Shown: in pieces, positions 1 through 13,200 of the stretch | How positions within the stretch are numbered: the stretch's first letter is position 1 | How the letters are laid out: each line of letters opens with the position of its first letter | Assembly (NCBI GenBank): GCA_050084515.1 | Contig: CM114271.1 | Span: 37,324,001-37,388,000 of the forward strand | DNA length: 64,000 nucleotides | Origin: Blasia pusilla | Lineage: Eukaryota | Direction of reading: 5' to 3' | Made by a program: the position numbers and the translations under genes | The notes under the pieces: generated by a model | The model's input: the letters and a program-made list of their open reading frames with translations, nothing else | The model's database searches: none | What the model was told of the DNA's origin: nothing

Positions 1-1168
1 GTTTTGGTAGCAAAGCTGGTGGGTTGGAAAACATGGTGCAAAGGCATGCACAGGAGCAACATGGAGACACACCACTGGAATCAAACTTGTCTTACGGTGT
101 TGGTTATCCGAGAAGAGGTGCAAGCTACTACTCCCTGACGGTTGTATCACAAGCAACAACTCAGGAAGATGTTCGAGAGATGGTGGAAAAATGCTTGGCC
201 ACAACCATTGGAGTCCCATTCTGCAGTGTTCTTCTTGAACATTTGTATGTACTTTTGCAGAAGGATATGGACTCACTTCTGAACCTGAAGGCGCGGATAG
301 AGACGAACACAGAACTTCCAAAAAATGTAATGAACATTGGACAACACTTCCCTGAACCCTTTGTTGGAGGCAATTCTCAAGAGATTAAATTTGCGTCGGG
401 CAGATGGGTTGGTTTGAGCGGATGAATCAGAGAAGGAATTCACATTCCACACGTTCCACATGGAAGAATCAACCCCAAGCAACAATGAATCAGGTGGAGT
501 CCTTTCCCAGAGTGAAACGATCAAAATATCAGAACATGGAGGCGGAATTGGAAGCAGATGCATGTAATCATCTTGATTTGGACGCTATCGTGAGCCAATA
601 TGAAAGCGAGGCAACTAAGGAGAATACTCAACAGTCAGAATGGCCTCTGGTTGATACAAGGCCACATAAGAACTACAAAATCAGTACTACTACAAAGAGA
701 ACCACTGCAGATGTCATACTTGATAGTCTGTTGGATGAAGAGCGATATGTTGCGGAGGGTAGTCAATCCGATGAGTACTCAAGAAGACCGGATAATTTGT
801 ATGTAGTCAGATTCCTATTCATGATTCATGAAGCATTTCCAAATTTCACATATTAGCACAGAACACAAGAAATGTGGTGTTCAACAAAAAAAATGTATTT
901 TTTATGTATCGGATGTTTACGCACGAGAAATGTGTTCCCTTCTCATGTTCATGTCCACCATGTCCCATTTTCATGTACGGCGAGCAATCATGTTCTGTTT
1001 TTACCCTAGCATCCAAACGATAGTAACCATCGTGTAGGCCATATTGTGAACCATAGTAACCTGTCTTCACGGTTTTGTATAGTAATAGTTCGAACCCAAT
1101 TCAATTAATATTCAAGCATCCAAACTATGGTTACCACAGTCGGTTTTCTATGGATGTAGTAAACGTAT

Positions 1169-1300
1169 GAGGTATGTTTGAACCCGAACCATGTCCGCAA
1201 CGAGGTATGTATGAACCCGAACCACGTCCGCAACGAGGTATGTTTGAACCCGAACCACGTCCGCAACGAGGTATGTTTGAACCCGAACCACGTCCGCAAC
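1169..1300. repeat. 33-bp minisatellite, 4 copies
   Basis: Unit GAGGTATGTTTGAACCCGAACCACGTCCGCAAC at 1169, 1202, 1235 and 1268, with 0-1 mismatch each and no spacers. Confidence 0.95.
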
Positions 1301-2203
1301 ACCGTGCGGCATACTTTAGGGGCATGTCCGCACCGCCACGCGCTTGTGTCAATTTTAGAGAACTTATGTAATATAGTTCTGACTACTTCTATAGTCATAA
1401 CTAAAAAAAAACACCTCAGAAGGCCCACGAACCCTACCCCTGAGGGTCGTGCCTCTTCGTAAACATTTAGCGGTGTGAGGTGACCTTCCCCTAATTAGGG
1501 CTTGATTAAAATCGTATCTAACCGAGATTGTCACAGTGGATTGACGACTGGGGGATACCCAACAAGAAGGCTAGAATTGATTGTCCGATGTATGAAGCAA
1601 ATGCCCTTGAAACACAGCCTTTGAGGTGTTCATGAATGAACACCTACATTTCGTTGTTCATACATTTTTCGTGTCATTGCATTTCTGATCACTAAACTTG
1701 TATTTGCTCTGAGTGTTTTGACCATTTGTATTTTATTTTTGAACAGGGTGTCATGGACTCTATCTATTCATGAGGTGATTACACATGAGTGCTTTACTTT
1801 CTTGGAAATTCAGGAATCGATAAGCGTGGGACAAAACATTGATCCTCACAGGATTACAAAGTTTACCACCAATTACAGGTGGAGGCACATGTGATCATTC
1901 ATAACATGTAAGACACATCGGAATAAGGTAAGGAGGAATTTGTTAAGGTATCATTCAAGAGTACAAACTTAGGGACAAAGATCAAGAATAGCTTTGCAAG
2001 TTGTATGATTAATTTGATTGACAATGGTATCCTTTTGGTCCATACCATTTCATCCACAATAGTTCAGCAGACCATGACCTATAGCCCAACTAAGGTAACC
2101 TAACCTTCTTGGATAGACCTTCATAACACAAAAAATGGTAAGGGAAAATGTGCCCCAGAAGCGATACACCAAACGGCCTGCATTGCACCTGCACAAAATA
2201 GAA

Positions 2204-2443
2204 GAACCATAAGGCCATACATTAAGAACAGAAATCTGCCCGTTTCTGGTTTGTCCCGGAATCGCAGAAAGACAGAACTTCAGAGCCTACGTGCCAGGTA
2301 GGTACTCTCCTATTCCTACTCAGATTCATGAACCATAAGGCCATACATTAAGAACAGAAATCTGCCCGTTTCTGGTTTGTCCAAAGCAGAAAGACAGAAC
2401 TTCAGAGCCTACGTGCCAGGTAGGTACTCTCCTATACTTACTC
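2204..2443. repeat. Tandem duplication of ~120 bp
   Basis: GAACCATAAGGCCATACATTAAGAACAG...GGTAGGTACTCTCCTAT starts at 2204 and again at 2330. Confidence 0.9.
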
Positions 2444-2659
2444 TAAGGAATCGCCCTGATCATGAACTAAGTCCTAAACATCCGCAAAATATGATGATAT
2501 GAACTCCCGCCAAAATGCTTGAAAATTTCTGCAGAAAGTCACCTACACACACATACGCTACAGAAGCATGTTCAGATAGTAGTAACCGTCATATACACAA
2601 CACATTTGTAAAGAATTGACACCATGCAAAGTAAGACCAAAGAGAGAAGCGACACATTA

Positions 2660-5600
2660 CCTGCAAGTGGTCCAAAGGTATGTCGTCATAATCGCCGAGG
2701 AAACACGCATCAAAAAGTATGACAGCAACCTCTGCAATGAAAGTTCACACAGGTCGGAGAGATTAAATGCCAATCACCGGATGAAAGGATAATCAAAACA
2801 AGAAAATCGCATGATCCCGTGAACACACTCACCAAAATGTGATCACTCGTGGTGGTCAAGGACTTGAAGACATCCCATCTAGAGGCCGCAATCGGAGTGC
2901 AGTAACTCGAGTAAAGGTGTGGCCTGAAATTGTCAAAGACTAACCCCTTCAATACCGCCCTGCGAAGGTAAGACCAAAGGGTCTTCATGGCTTGTGCCCC
3001 GGTCCTTGAGTCCCATCTGCAGGGTTCTAAACACATTACAACATATCAACACAAGCACAATTATCGGAGATGGTCCAAGACATACAATAAAACAATGTCA
3101 TCGATGTAAATGAGCGTAATGCAAGACACCTGTTGTGAAGCCATCATCATCCTCCTGTTTCGGGCTTTTTCTTCTTTAGTCATGCCCTTGGGTGCTCTTT
3201 CCATGATTTGTGGATCCGCTGCAAGACCACTTCATCGGGGTATCGCGAGTCTTCAATTGGGCCTTCATCATCACCTGGCCCATGACTATCCATGACCGGG
3301 CTAGATTCACCCACTTCCATGTCAACTTCCGGGTTCAGCCGGCGGGATTTCCGAGATCCTACCGCACCCTTACCTCTCACGCACCTTCTCACCACGACGT
3401 TACGTGTCCGAAGTGTCGCTGGTCTCCTCCACATCTGAATCAAAAGCAGTGTCCTCCTCACTCTGCTCGACATGATCTCCCGCAATACCCTCCTCACCAC
3501 CCTCGCTTGGTGCCTGCTCCTCCTGTATCACATGGCGCCCGGTACTATGCGTGGTGGGTTGGGGACTTGGGAGATGTGTACCATCCGAGTCGAGTCACTG
3601 GAATCTATGATTTCCACATCCGGCCACCCCGCACATCTACAAGTTGTTAGAGACAATGCGGAATTACAAGGGATACAATGGGAAATCATGAACTCACAAC
3701 TCTTCGACAATTCATACTTGAGAAATTTGCATGAAATGAAGCAAAGACTATACCGGACAACCGCATCAGCAAGGGAGCAGCCGACCCCATCCACATACAT
3801 GCGAGAGACTTTGTCCCTGAACTTGGCAAGAATGCTAGGTTTACTCTTCTCTTTCCAGATCTTGTAGTTAAACTTGAAGCGTGGGAGGTAGTACTCCTCA
3901 CCGATGTACCATGCATGCCTTTGTGCTCGGCGCATTTCATCTAGAACATGCAGGGAATGTTCAACCTGATCTTTGCTGGTTTCGGCTCCAACATCCCATC
4001 GATCTGGTTTCTGTCATCCATGATCCACATCTGCGGCTAGATGATGGAAAGCGGCCATGCATCTCCGAGTGAGGTGGAACGCTGACCTCTATCTCTGAGG
4101 GATAGTAGTAGGGAGAAGGCTGGCGGCCCGACTCAATCCATCCCCTCGACAGTGGTGGTAGGGCACACAAGGGCACCCTCTAGCTCCTCTCGGACCTTCT
4201 CATACTCGTGTATCCTAGCTAAACCCGCCCATGAGATATGACCGTGTTCTTCGTCCCCAGTAGCCCTCAAAAGCAATCAAAAGATCTGGCAAAATGGGCA
4301 TAGGTACAAACGGGCCCGCTGCCCGTTCGAATGCTCCTTCGCTTTCGAATGAACAGAGCAGCCTTCTTCATTTTTTGCGATGAGCGCAGCGTTGCGTTCT
4401 TTGCACGGTGCCTCGCAGACGCAAGTTGATGCTGAGATGGGGTAGTCTGGTTCCCTGCACAATTTTGGAACATAAATGAATGAAGTCTTGAGGATCATAG
4501 AGCACATACACCAAACATTGCTACCATCTCACTAACTACGTATGAAGAAGAAGAAGTCCTACACCCTTACCATCATCTTCATCCTCCACACGTCTCTCGG
4601 TCAGAATCCGCTTCCACCTTCTTCTTACCACTCGCCCTTGTGTGTTCAGGCACCGGCCTCAACCAATGTGATGCAATGTGCGAGTTAAAAGTTTCTGGCC
4701 CACTTAAAGTACTCGATGCACTTGGAGCACAGGCACACGAATTGCTTATGCTCCTTTGAGTAGCAATAATGAACCCACTCGACCGGTCCCGCCAAAGAGA
4801 GGTTTGTGCGACTGGTTTCTCTGGAGGACCTACACTCTTGCCCCTAAATGCAGCAAACATGTATGCTGGTTGGGCTTCAACCTGGAGTGTATCCACAACG
4901 AGTTCTCACTCACATGTAAACACACCAAGATACAAGCATAGCTAGAATTTAAAGTGGAATGCAAAGCTGGAATTTAAAACTTACTTCTAAAAATGAAAGC
5001 AAAAATGTAAGCTAGAATTTTGTATCTAGAATGTAGATACATAATTCCTCTCGCATCCATACCCCGAAGCTCCTACCGAAATTTGTAGGATACATATCCT
5101 CAAATTCCATCCCAGGAAAATTCTGGTTTTGGCTATAATACTTTAGCCAAACGCAGGATTTCCTGGTTGTCACCGGGTCATCTATATCTGAGAAGTTGAC
5201 AGAATGTCTACTTCATACAGACACACTAAGAATCTGTATGAACATCCCAGCAATCCGAAATATGTAAATATGTGAACGCCACAAACATAAGAAAACCTAC
5301 TTCTACCCTAAACCTAACATGGCCCACGTGGTCAAGGTCTTGAGGAGCCCCAACTACCTGCCAAACACAAGACGACAAAGACTCGAATTTGTTAGCCTTG
5401 CCAACGGGGAACAACATACATGCATGAGGAATTTAAGTGTACAATGTAAATACCGCAAATGTAATCACGCTAAACGTAAAACAAACAATTCCAGAAGGAA
5501 ACAAGGTTCCGAGGAATACCCCGGGATAACTTCAGAAGGGTCATGGAACTTAGTACTTCGGACAAATCTGAAATGTGCTCATTCCCAATCGGTGCTTTGT

Positions 5601-5862
5601 CATCCACATCAGTCTGGTCGAAAAGGTAGATATTTTTAGGAGTAACTCCGATAACCCAAGGAACAGGGTCCTTCTCCTCAGAGGTGGACACTCTCCTCTT
5701 TAACCGGATTGTACAAACAATCTTGGCAAGCATGTTCTGTTTGGATGCCCCCATGAAATGTTTGATGTCCTTAATTCGGACATCATTCATCTTACCTCCC
5801 TGGTTTTCCACCACTAGAAATTCAGTCTGGAAGTAAGAGTCTAACCATACATGGTCCCCCAC
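2660..5862 (-). pseudogene. Possible degenerate multi-exon coding region of unknown function
   Basis: Several protein-like minus-strand ORF pieces (5470-5862, 3528-3935, 3180-3500, 2710-3036), some bounded by GT/AG-like sites and broken by stops/frameshifts. No family recognised. Confidence 0.3.
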
Positions 5863-8404
5863 AAACCGGGCCTTGGGTGAGAATGCAACATTAAATCCAA
5901 CATGTATCGGTGCCTGTTCTAGACACTTATAAGTTTCAACGGAAACCTAAGACGATCCACTCATCCAAATACAATGGAGTGAGGATGCAAGCGCTTGCAC
6001 ACAATATCACGTAGAAAAAAATCTGAACTAGAATCTGCTATGTATCGATGGGTGACCCATGTCTCAAGATTGCACTGGTTCCCTGACATAAGACGATCAC
6101 GTTTTCAGGTTTGTTAACCTGAATTCCCAACAACCGCAACCCCTTGGCATGTAAAAACTTTGGTGACCCGACATGGCCCTAATATGTTGATCCTGGTGGC
6201 TTTAAACCTACCTCCCCTCGCCTCAAAAAACGAAGAATGTCGATGGCGGACTTCCAGTGTTACTAATGATCTTCAAACCTACACAATACCAAAAACAACC
6301 ACAATTCAAGAAGCTTATGAGAACCCTCGTTTGATTAATCCTTGTTCAAGATGGTCCGAATTGCTAGCAGCTTGTTTCCAGAATTCACAAAGGAGCACAA
6401 ACATTATCATGAGTAGCGATTGATGCACAAATTGATGTCAAAGAAAAGTAAACCCTATTCATAGAAGAACCGCGTAAGCCCCAACAGTCCCAATTTGATG
6501 ATGAAAAAATAAGTTCGAGATAAACGGGCTATGGGGATGCAAGCATCAGAAAGTCTAGCTTCAAGTAGAATCTGGGATACAATTTGAGAATTTTGGATAC
6601 ATATTAATAGACTCACCCTCTTGGAACCAAACTTAGGAGTGGAGAGATGTCCAACAACAAGTCCAAAAAATGACCAAAGTGTGATCGGCGGAGTCTCACG
6701 GAGCTTCTTGACAGATTTTTTGTACCTTAATAGCCGATAGCATACTTCACTTGAAAAGCTTGATCGTCCTTCTCGTGAAAAGATGTTGACTCCCCTATCG
6801 TACTCACTATTGCCAAACTACGATAAATTGTCAGATGCCCACAGACCCCAATGACCAGACTAAGGCCAAAATATCCAGCGGCAAGAGAGGGCAGCGACAA
6901 TGTGAATACCCACCAGCCAGTTCAGCTATCCCAAATCACGTAGTCGGTTTAAGCAGATCGGATTTGCGGTCATGATCCTGAATAGAGCAAGAACCCCAAG
7001 ACACCGGAATCAAGCATGACAGTATGGACACCCTAGAAAGCGCCCATGGCCGAAGAGATTCGTCTTGCAGGCCTGCCAAGGTGAATTTATCCACAACTCT
7101 AGGGCATGATGCAACGTAATTGCTTCAGAATCTCGAGGATGATGACAAACCGTTGAGAGAGGTGTGTTATTGCTTTAGGAACAATTACGAGTTCAGAAAG
7201 GGATATCTTTAGAATTTTCAGCAAGTTTCTGAAGGTGGTCGAGTGTCTGTCATACAAAACCTTCCATAGGAAAGGAAATGGTAACTGCGACGATGCAAAG
7301 CATTACGAGACTGACAGTTCATCACGGAAACCGAAAAGCCCTCGAGAACCTTTTGACAGAGAAGCTTGCCCATAGATAGCCGCGGTGAACGCAGTGAGAA
7401 CACCTGACAAAGACGGTAAAAGCCATGGAAGAGATCACGGGATACAATGGTGTGAGGGAATGATGCTTTGCTTTTGCTCGACTTATGGAGAAAAAAGGAG
7501 TCAAAGAATTAGTGTCTGTTCTGGACCCAGCAATAGGAGGGACGGTTGATAACCTCTAGTCTGTGTCTCCTAATCATTCGAATCTAACTTTCCAAAGCCA
7601 CGATCATGTCTTTGAACTAATCGATCTGAATTTGCGTTCCTTCGAGTACCAAACCCTCAAAACAGAGTATGGCGGAATTAGATGCCACCACGACACACTC
7701 GGTCCTTGAAAGCGATGGCAACCTTTGAAAATCACTCTTTCCACCTCCTACTTTTTTTTAAACGTGTATCCATTAGTTTGCAAGAAACTCGGAGCTTAGA
7801 CTATGGAACTTTCAAGTAAAACTATCGTGGAAGCATCTAGTGGCAATTACAAAGAAATCGATCTGGGACGTGAGGATTAACGAGGAATGACGACACTAAA
7901 CGGGAATAGCACCTTCATCAACCCGGTCAAACAGCATCAAACATATCCGGACGAGCGAAGACGTGTTCTTTAAAAAGGATGAAAAATTGAGGTATTTTCT
8001 ACACTCAACATTGGAAGTGTTGCATACGAGCATTGTTGACGTACCCGCCTTTTGCGACTGCATGTGCCCTATGCTATTCGCCTTTCACCGCCCGGCAAGA
8101 GATTAGAAAGCCCGCTCGAAACAAAGAAGTTAAATTGCAAGACGATCCGCCCCGGCTCTATCAATCAACCCACATCGATCGGGTTTCTCGAGAAATCTGA
8201 ATGCTTCGACTTCCGGTCTGCTGATGTCTCACTCGGCCGCTAAGAGACCATGCGCCTTTAGCCTCGCAAAACGCGTCTGCATCCCTGGCTTCATGTACGC
8301 CCCGAATCCCTTCACAGGCGAGTAAACACGACGCCCCCGCCAAGTAGCGGAAACCCGAGAAAAGAAAGTATGTGTGATCTCTGCAGATAGACGATCGAGG
8401 CCCT

Positions 8405-8826
8405 CCCGTCCTCCCGCAACAACAACAACCTCTAAGGCCGGGCGAGGGTGAGACTTGCGATTTCGCTCAAAAATGCAAATCGGTCAGAATTGAGACTAAC
8501 GCCGTCTTGCCCGGACATTCTCCATCCCCCCGTCCTCCATAACAACAAAGAACAACCTCAAGGCCGGGCCAAGAATTCGAGACTTGCGTTTTCGCCCAAA
8601 AATGTTGTCGGTCAGGAATTCGAGACTAACGCCGTCTTGCCCCGGACGTTCTCCATCCCTCCCCATCCTCCACAACAAAGAACCTCAAGGCCAGGCCAGG
8701 GGTCGAGACTTGCGATTTCGCTCAAAAGTTTGTCGGTCGAATTGAGACTAACATCCTCCATAACAACGATTCTCCATCCCTCCTGTCCTCCCAACAACAA
8801 AGAACCTCCAAGAATTCGAGACTTGC
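8405..8826. repeat. Degenerate tandem repeat, ~120-133-bp unit, ~3.4 copies
   Basis: Recurring CCCGTCCTCC..AACAACAAAGAACCTCAAGGCC..GAGACTTGCG..GAGACTAAC blocks at ~8405, 8529, 8662 and 8783. Confidence 0.8.
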
Positions 8827-10203
8827 CAGAAGTGAGCCGAACCCCTAACGTGCCCTAACGGAGGGGGAACGGCGTCCATCCTCCTCGTCCTCCCTACCCT
8901 CCCGTCCCGTCCGTTTAGCGCCATCCGTTTAGATCCGGACGGCGTCTGTTTAAATCCGTCCGTCTCCGGAAGGCGTCCGTCTCTGGACGTCCGACTCCCT
9001 GTCCTCCGTCACGACCTCTTTACCCTCCGTCGCGACCTCTCCATCCCGTGGCTCCCGAACCTGAAACATGGGCCCGGGGCAGCTCGAGGTAGGCGCTACC
9101 CTACGCGCATTGATTGAGTTTCCGGGACAAACTATGGCCTTCGATGTCACCCAACCCCTTTTCGACGTGTACGGTCAAAACAGACGGTCCTAGGATTCCT
9201 TCAGGCAAAGTAGGGAATAACATGGCGAATGGTACCACACGACTGAAGTACGTATGCTAAACTCTCGAGACTACCCCTCTCCGGTGCGACAATGGAACGA
9301 GTGCCGTTTCCGATACAGGCCTTGTAACCTAGAGTCGTTTCGGTTTCAGACTGGAAAATCACATGCCCCGATATTATGGTCTGATTCGCATGACTTGGGT
9401 GAGTTAATCCTTAGCATGCAGTTCGTATTGTATGTCCTACACGTTATGGCAAGTAGGGGCACCCTTGGGGTCTGCTAATGCGAGCTTAAGTGCATTTGCG
9501 ATGACAGCAATAGCACGATAAAAGACACGTGGGTAAGAAGGAAACCTTAGTGCATTGAAGGCGAGGTTCAGTCCACAATCATTCCGTAATGAAACAATGG
9601 AAGCCACGAAACAAGAGTGATGAGACCATGACTTCACTACCTGTCAGAAGTCCACACCAAGAGAGGCCTATATTTACCTCCTGATATTCACGTAAGACAC
9701 AAGCTGGAAAGTCATGTGATAGCACCAGATTCTCTACATTCCTTGTGGAAGATATCCCCACTGTACTGGAGGGGACAAAAAAACTACTCAGCTTGAACGC
9801 AAGAAGAGCTTTCTGGCACGTTCATGTCCTCAATGACTTCATGTCCCCAATATCTACTCTTATTACTCGAGCGCTATCCAAGTTCCTAACTACATTTTCC
9901 TGTCTGCTTCAGGCAACGTTGATATGCTAAATATGTTACTCCAAATCCATAACCTTGTCCCCGTCCTCTTCATTCATATGATATCCCAGGTACCTCCGTA
10001 TCATTTCCCATGTGCTTCAATGTTATAATGATCCCGTTCCTGCCCACAGGGAGAGATTAATTGCATATGTACCAGACGTTGACTTGATTTTTCCGGGATC
10101 TTCTACTACCTCAGGTTGGTTTGTCGTAAAATGCAGCTAGGTCCATAACTTTGGAGGTTGCAGGATACCATAAAAAACACTCATCATTGGGCTATATTTT
10201 ATA

Positions 10204-13200
10204 TCATGTGACAAACACAAAATCACGATCAAGCCCGAATGCTTGATAAGGTGATGGTCCTACAAGTTGTTTCCCTTCGAGAATAGGTAATTCATCTACC
10301 TGCGGAATTCTTTCCCTCCAAATGAATTCGTTTTCCTGTTCACATTTTCGCAAAATTTGCATTAGGGCCTCAATCTCATGCTTGTACACCACTTTCCAAG
10401 CCTCCTCACCTGCAAAACAAAAGACGCACAGAAACCAATCAGTACCTTCAACTTGACTAAAAGAGATGGCAAAAAGTCGGGAGGGACTACAACAATTTCC
10501 AGCAATGCAAAACAGCAAAAACATTCAGAGGTTATCGAACTGCTCCTCCCCAACAGTTCCTACTGACGTTGCATGGTTGAATCTGCTACAATACAAACCT
10601 ATAGGAAGTGACGAAGAGATGTAATAAGAATTGAAGTTAGGTCCTTATTCCACCAAATCTAGCTTTAAATTGTCCAAGCTAAAGAAAGCGTTCCTGTTGT
10701 GATGCTAATGGCATTCTGGTAGCTTTGAGATACCGTGTCATCTTTCCTCGGTTAAGAATGCTAAATAGCTAATGAAGCATGGGACAGGATACCTGGAGTT
10801 ACTCTACATGTCCATGAAAAGAATAGGAGTCCAATCCTCCAGCATATGCATCAAACAACTTGACATCTTGATAGGATCTTGAAAAAATACTTCCGTGGAT
10901 TCAAAGGTACCTGTACCTTTCAGGGCGGCAGGACATGGTGATAATTGAGCAGAAAGTACTAATTGGATGCCTTGACTATAAATCGATGACAATCTAACTA
11001 GGAATATGGAGCAGCGGAAAAAGACTATCAATGAGTATGTGAAAATATGGGATGAGAACACGGTCAAAACGGGGTCAGACACAAGTTAATGAGGTTGGTC
11101 TCTAGGCAATTCAGGTCAAAGAAATATTGTTATCAGGATTTCCTTCTGATATCAGGAATCTCCACACCACCACATTATGGTAAACACTCATACTATATTG
11201 CCACATGGCTACAACAAACACTCCTTAATGCATGGTCTATAGGGAGTTTAAGTTCGGGGTAAAATTCAGGCCCAGACCTATCCCCTTGAACCACAAAAAG
11301 GGCAGGATGAGAACACGGTCAAAATCCTGCCCATTGTGTGATGGGTGCTCCCAGTTGCTCTGGTGACTTGTTCAAAATTAACAGCAGAAAGAGCAATAAA
11401 CAACTCTAAAAGTTAATAGTCAAGGCATCCAATTAGTAAAAACAGATGCAACAAACAACTGTAAAATTCGTTTACATAAGCCATCATTCAATGCCTAAAG
11501 CTCCTGTACTGATAGGAAGTGGTTTTAGGAGTCATAGTTCAGGTGAGGTGTCATGACTGACACCTGGAGGCTCTGCACTAACACCCTGTATGATAAGAAA
11601 CTCTCCTTCCTCTCAAATGGTACTTGGATCACTTTGTCCTGTTTCTATGCCCATCACTAGCACTGTCTGATCAGGGCACTTGATCTACAACCACAAGTTT
11701 AAGATAGCTACTACCTCTGCAGTGGAGTCTCAAGGCAGCACACTAACAGTCCAATCAGTGCATAAGATCCATCCTCATGAGGATACAACAGGTTCTAGTA
11801 ACTGACAAGTCTCTAGATAGCACTGGCTTCACCTCAAGACAACTCGAACCAGCACTAAGGACAGCGTACATTTGATACAAAAGCAACCAGACAGCAAAAA
11901 TTAGCACAGAAGATAATGGTTAAGCTACATCCACTTAGATCTCTGGACACAGACGAAATTGGCTTACTTGGTGGCCTAACTGATTGTACCCGACTCCGTG
12001 CATGACGAAGGATACCAACAGCCATCCCAAGCTTTTCCTCAGCACGATAGTCCTCTGCAATGTATCGTTGACTTCGTGCTTCGTGGAGAACCTTAGAAAG
12101 GTTCAAAAACCTCTACACATAGGAAGCCACATTCACAACGGATCTTATCAAATGTTCTGTGCTCCCTAGTCAAACCTTGTGAAATAAAGAATCAATCATA
12201 AAACCTAGTTTTCTATGTAGGCGGATCAGAATGGCTTTGAGATGCCATGCAGGAGCCTCCAAAGACATCAAGTGAATCCTATCTAATTAGTCCATGACCT
12301 TGATTTCATCTTTGTAGAACACTAGCCCTCTTGTCAGCTAGCATGAATGTGTGTCCTATTGTCTAAGTTGTGAGTAGAACTTCAAGGAGTACTGAGCTCA
12401 GATTTGTTCATCAAGTGAATTCATTCAGATTGCTGGATTCTTCTTGTGATGGAGCAATGTTAGTAAATTGCCTATATAAGGTTCACGATGTATAGTTGAT
12501 CAAATGTAAGAAGCTCATCTTGTCATACCTACCCGAAATTTGTCAGACACATCATTCCAATCTCCAACTTGTTCACGCAGAGAGTCAATAGCTTCATCCA
12601 GAAACTGCACGACCCCATAATGAAGCTTTGATAGAAGACTGCCGCTGGTTCCTCTCTCTTCTGCCTTCCGAGCTGTCACTGCCTACAATGCGCATAACCA
12701 GAATCACAAAACTCATGAATCAGTGGACGTCCCTGTAGATAATTTCTCCTTTGAAGTATTAAATTCAAAACGGAAGTGTCTGGCACTGGGAACTTCTTGA
12801 TCCAAGACGAACAGCAGAACTATGCTTGCATTTCAGTGGAATTCTGTTGTTTAACAGGCATATGAGAAGCTGGTTGGCTGACCTCCTTCAGGGAGTCAAG
12901 AGAGGAAACTTTCCCAGCGGTCTAATCATCTTGACTCGGTTCATGTTGCCATAACACCATAAAACCCACGGAAATTTTTATGAGTTGAAAGGTCGGAACT
13001 CTTGCTGAGTAACGGTCTGACACTGGGAACTTCTTGATCAAAGACGAACAGCAGAACTATGTTTGCATTTCAGTGGAATTCTGTTGTTTAACAGGCATAT
13101 GAGAAGCTGGTTGGCTGATCTCCTTCAGGGAGTCAAGAGAGGAAACTTTCCCAGCGGTCTTATCATCTTGACTCAGTTCATGTTGCCATGACACCATAAA

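Noticed and set aside
1169-1300. 33-bp repeats as a CRISPR array
   Set aside because: The units are contiguous with no unique spacers, there are no cas genes, and the context is eukaryotic.
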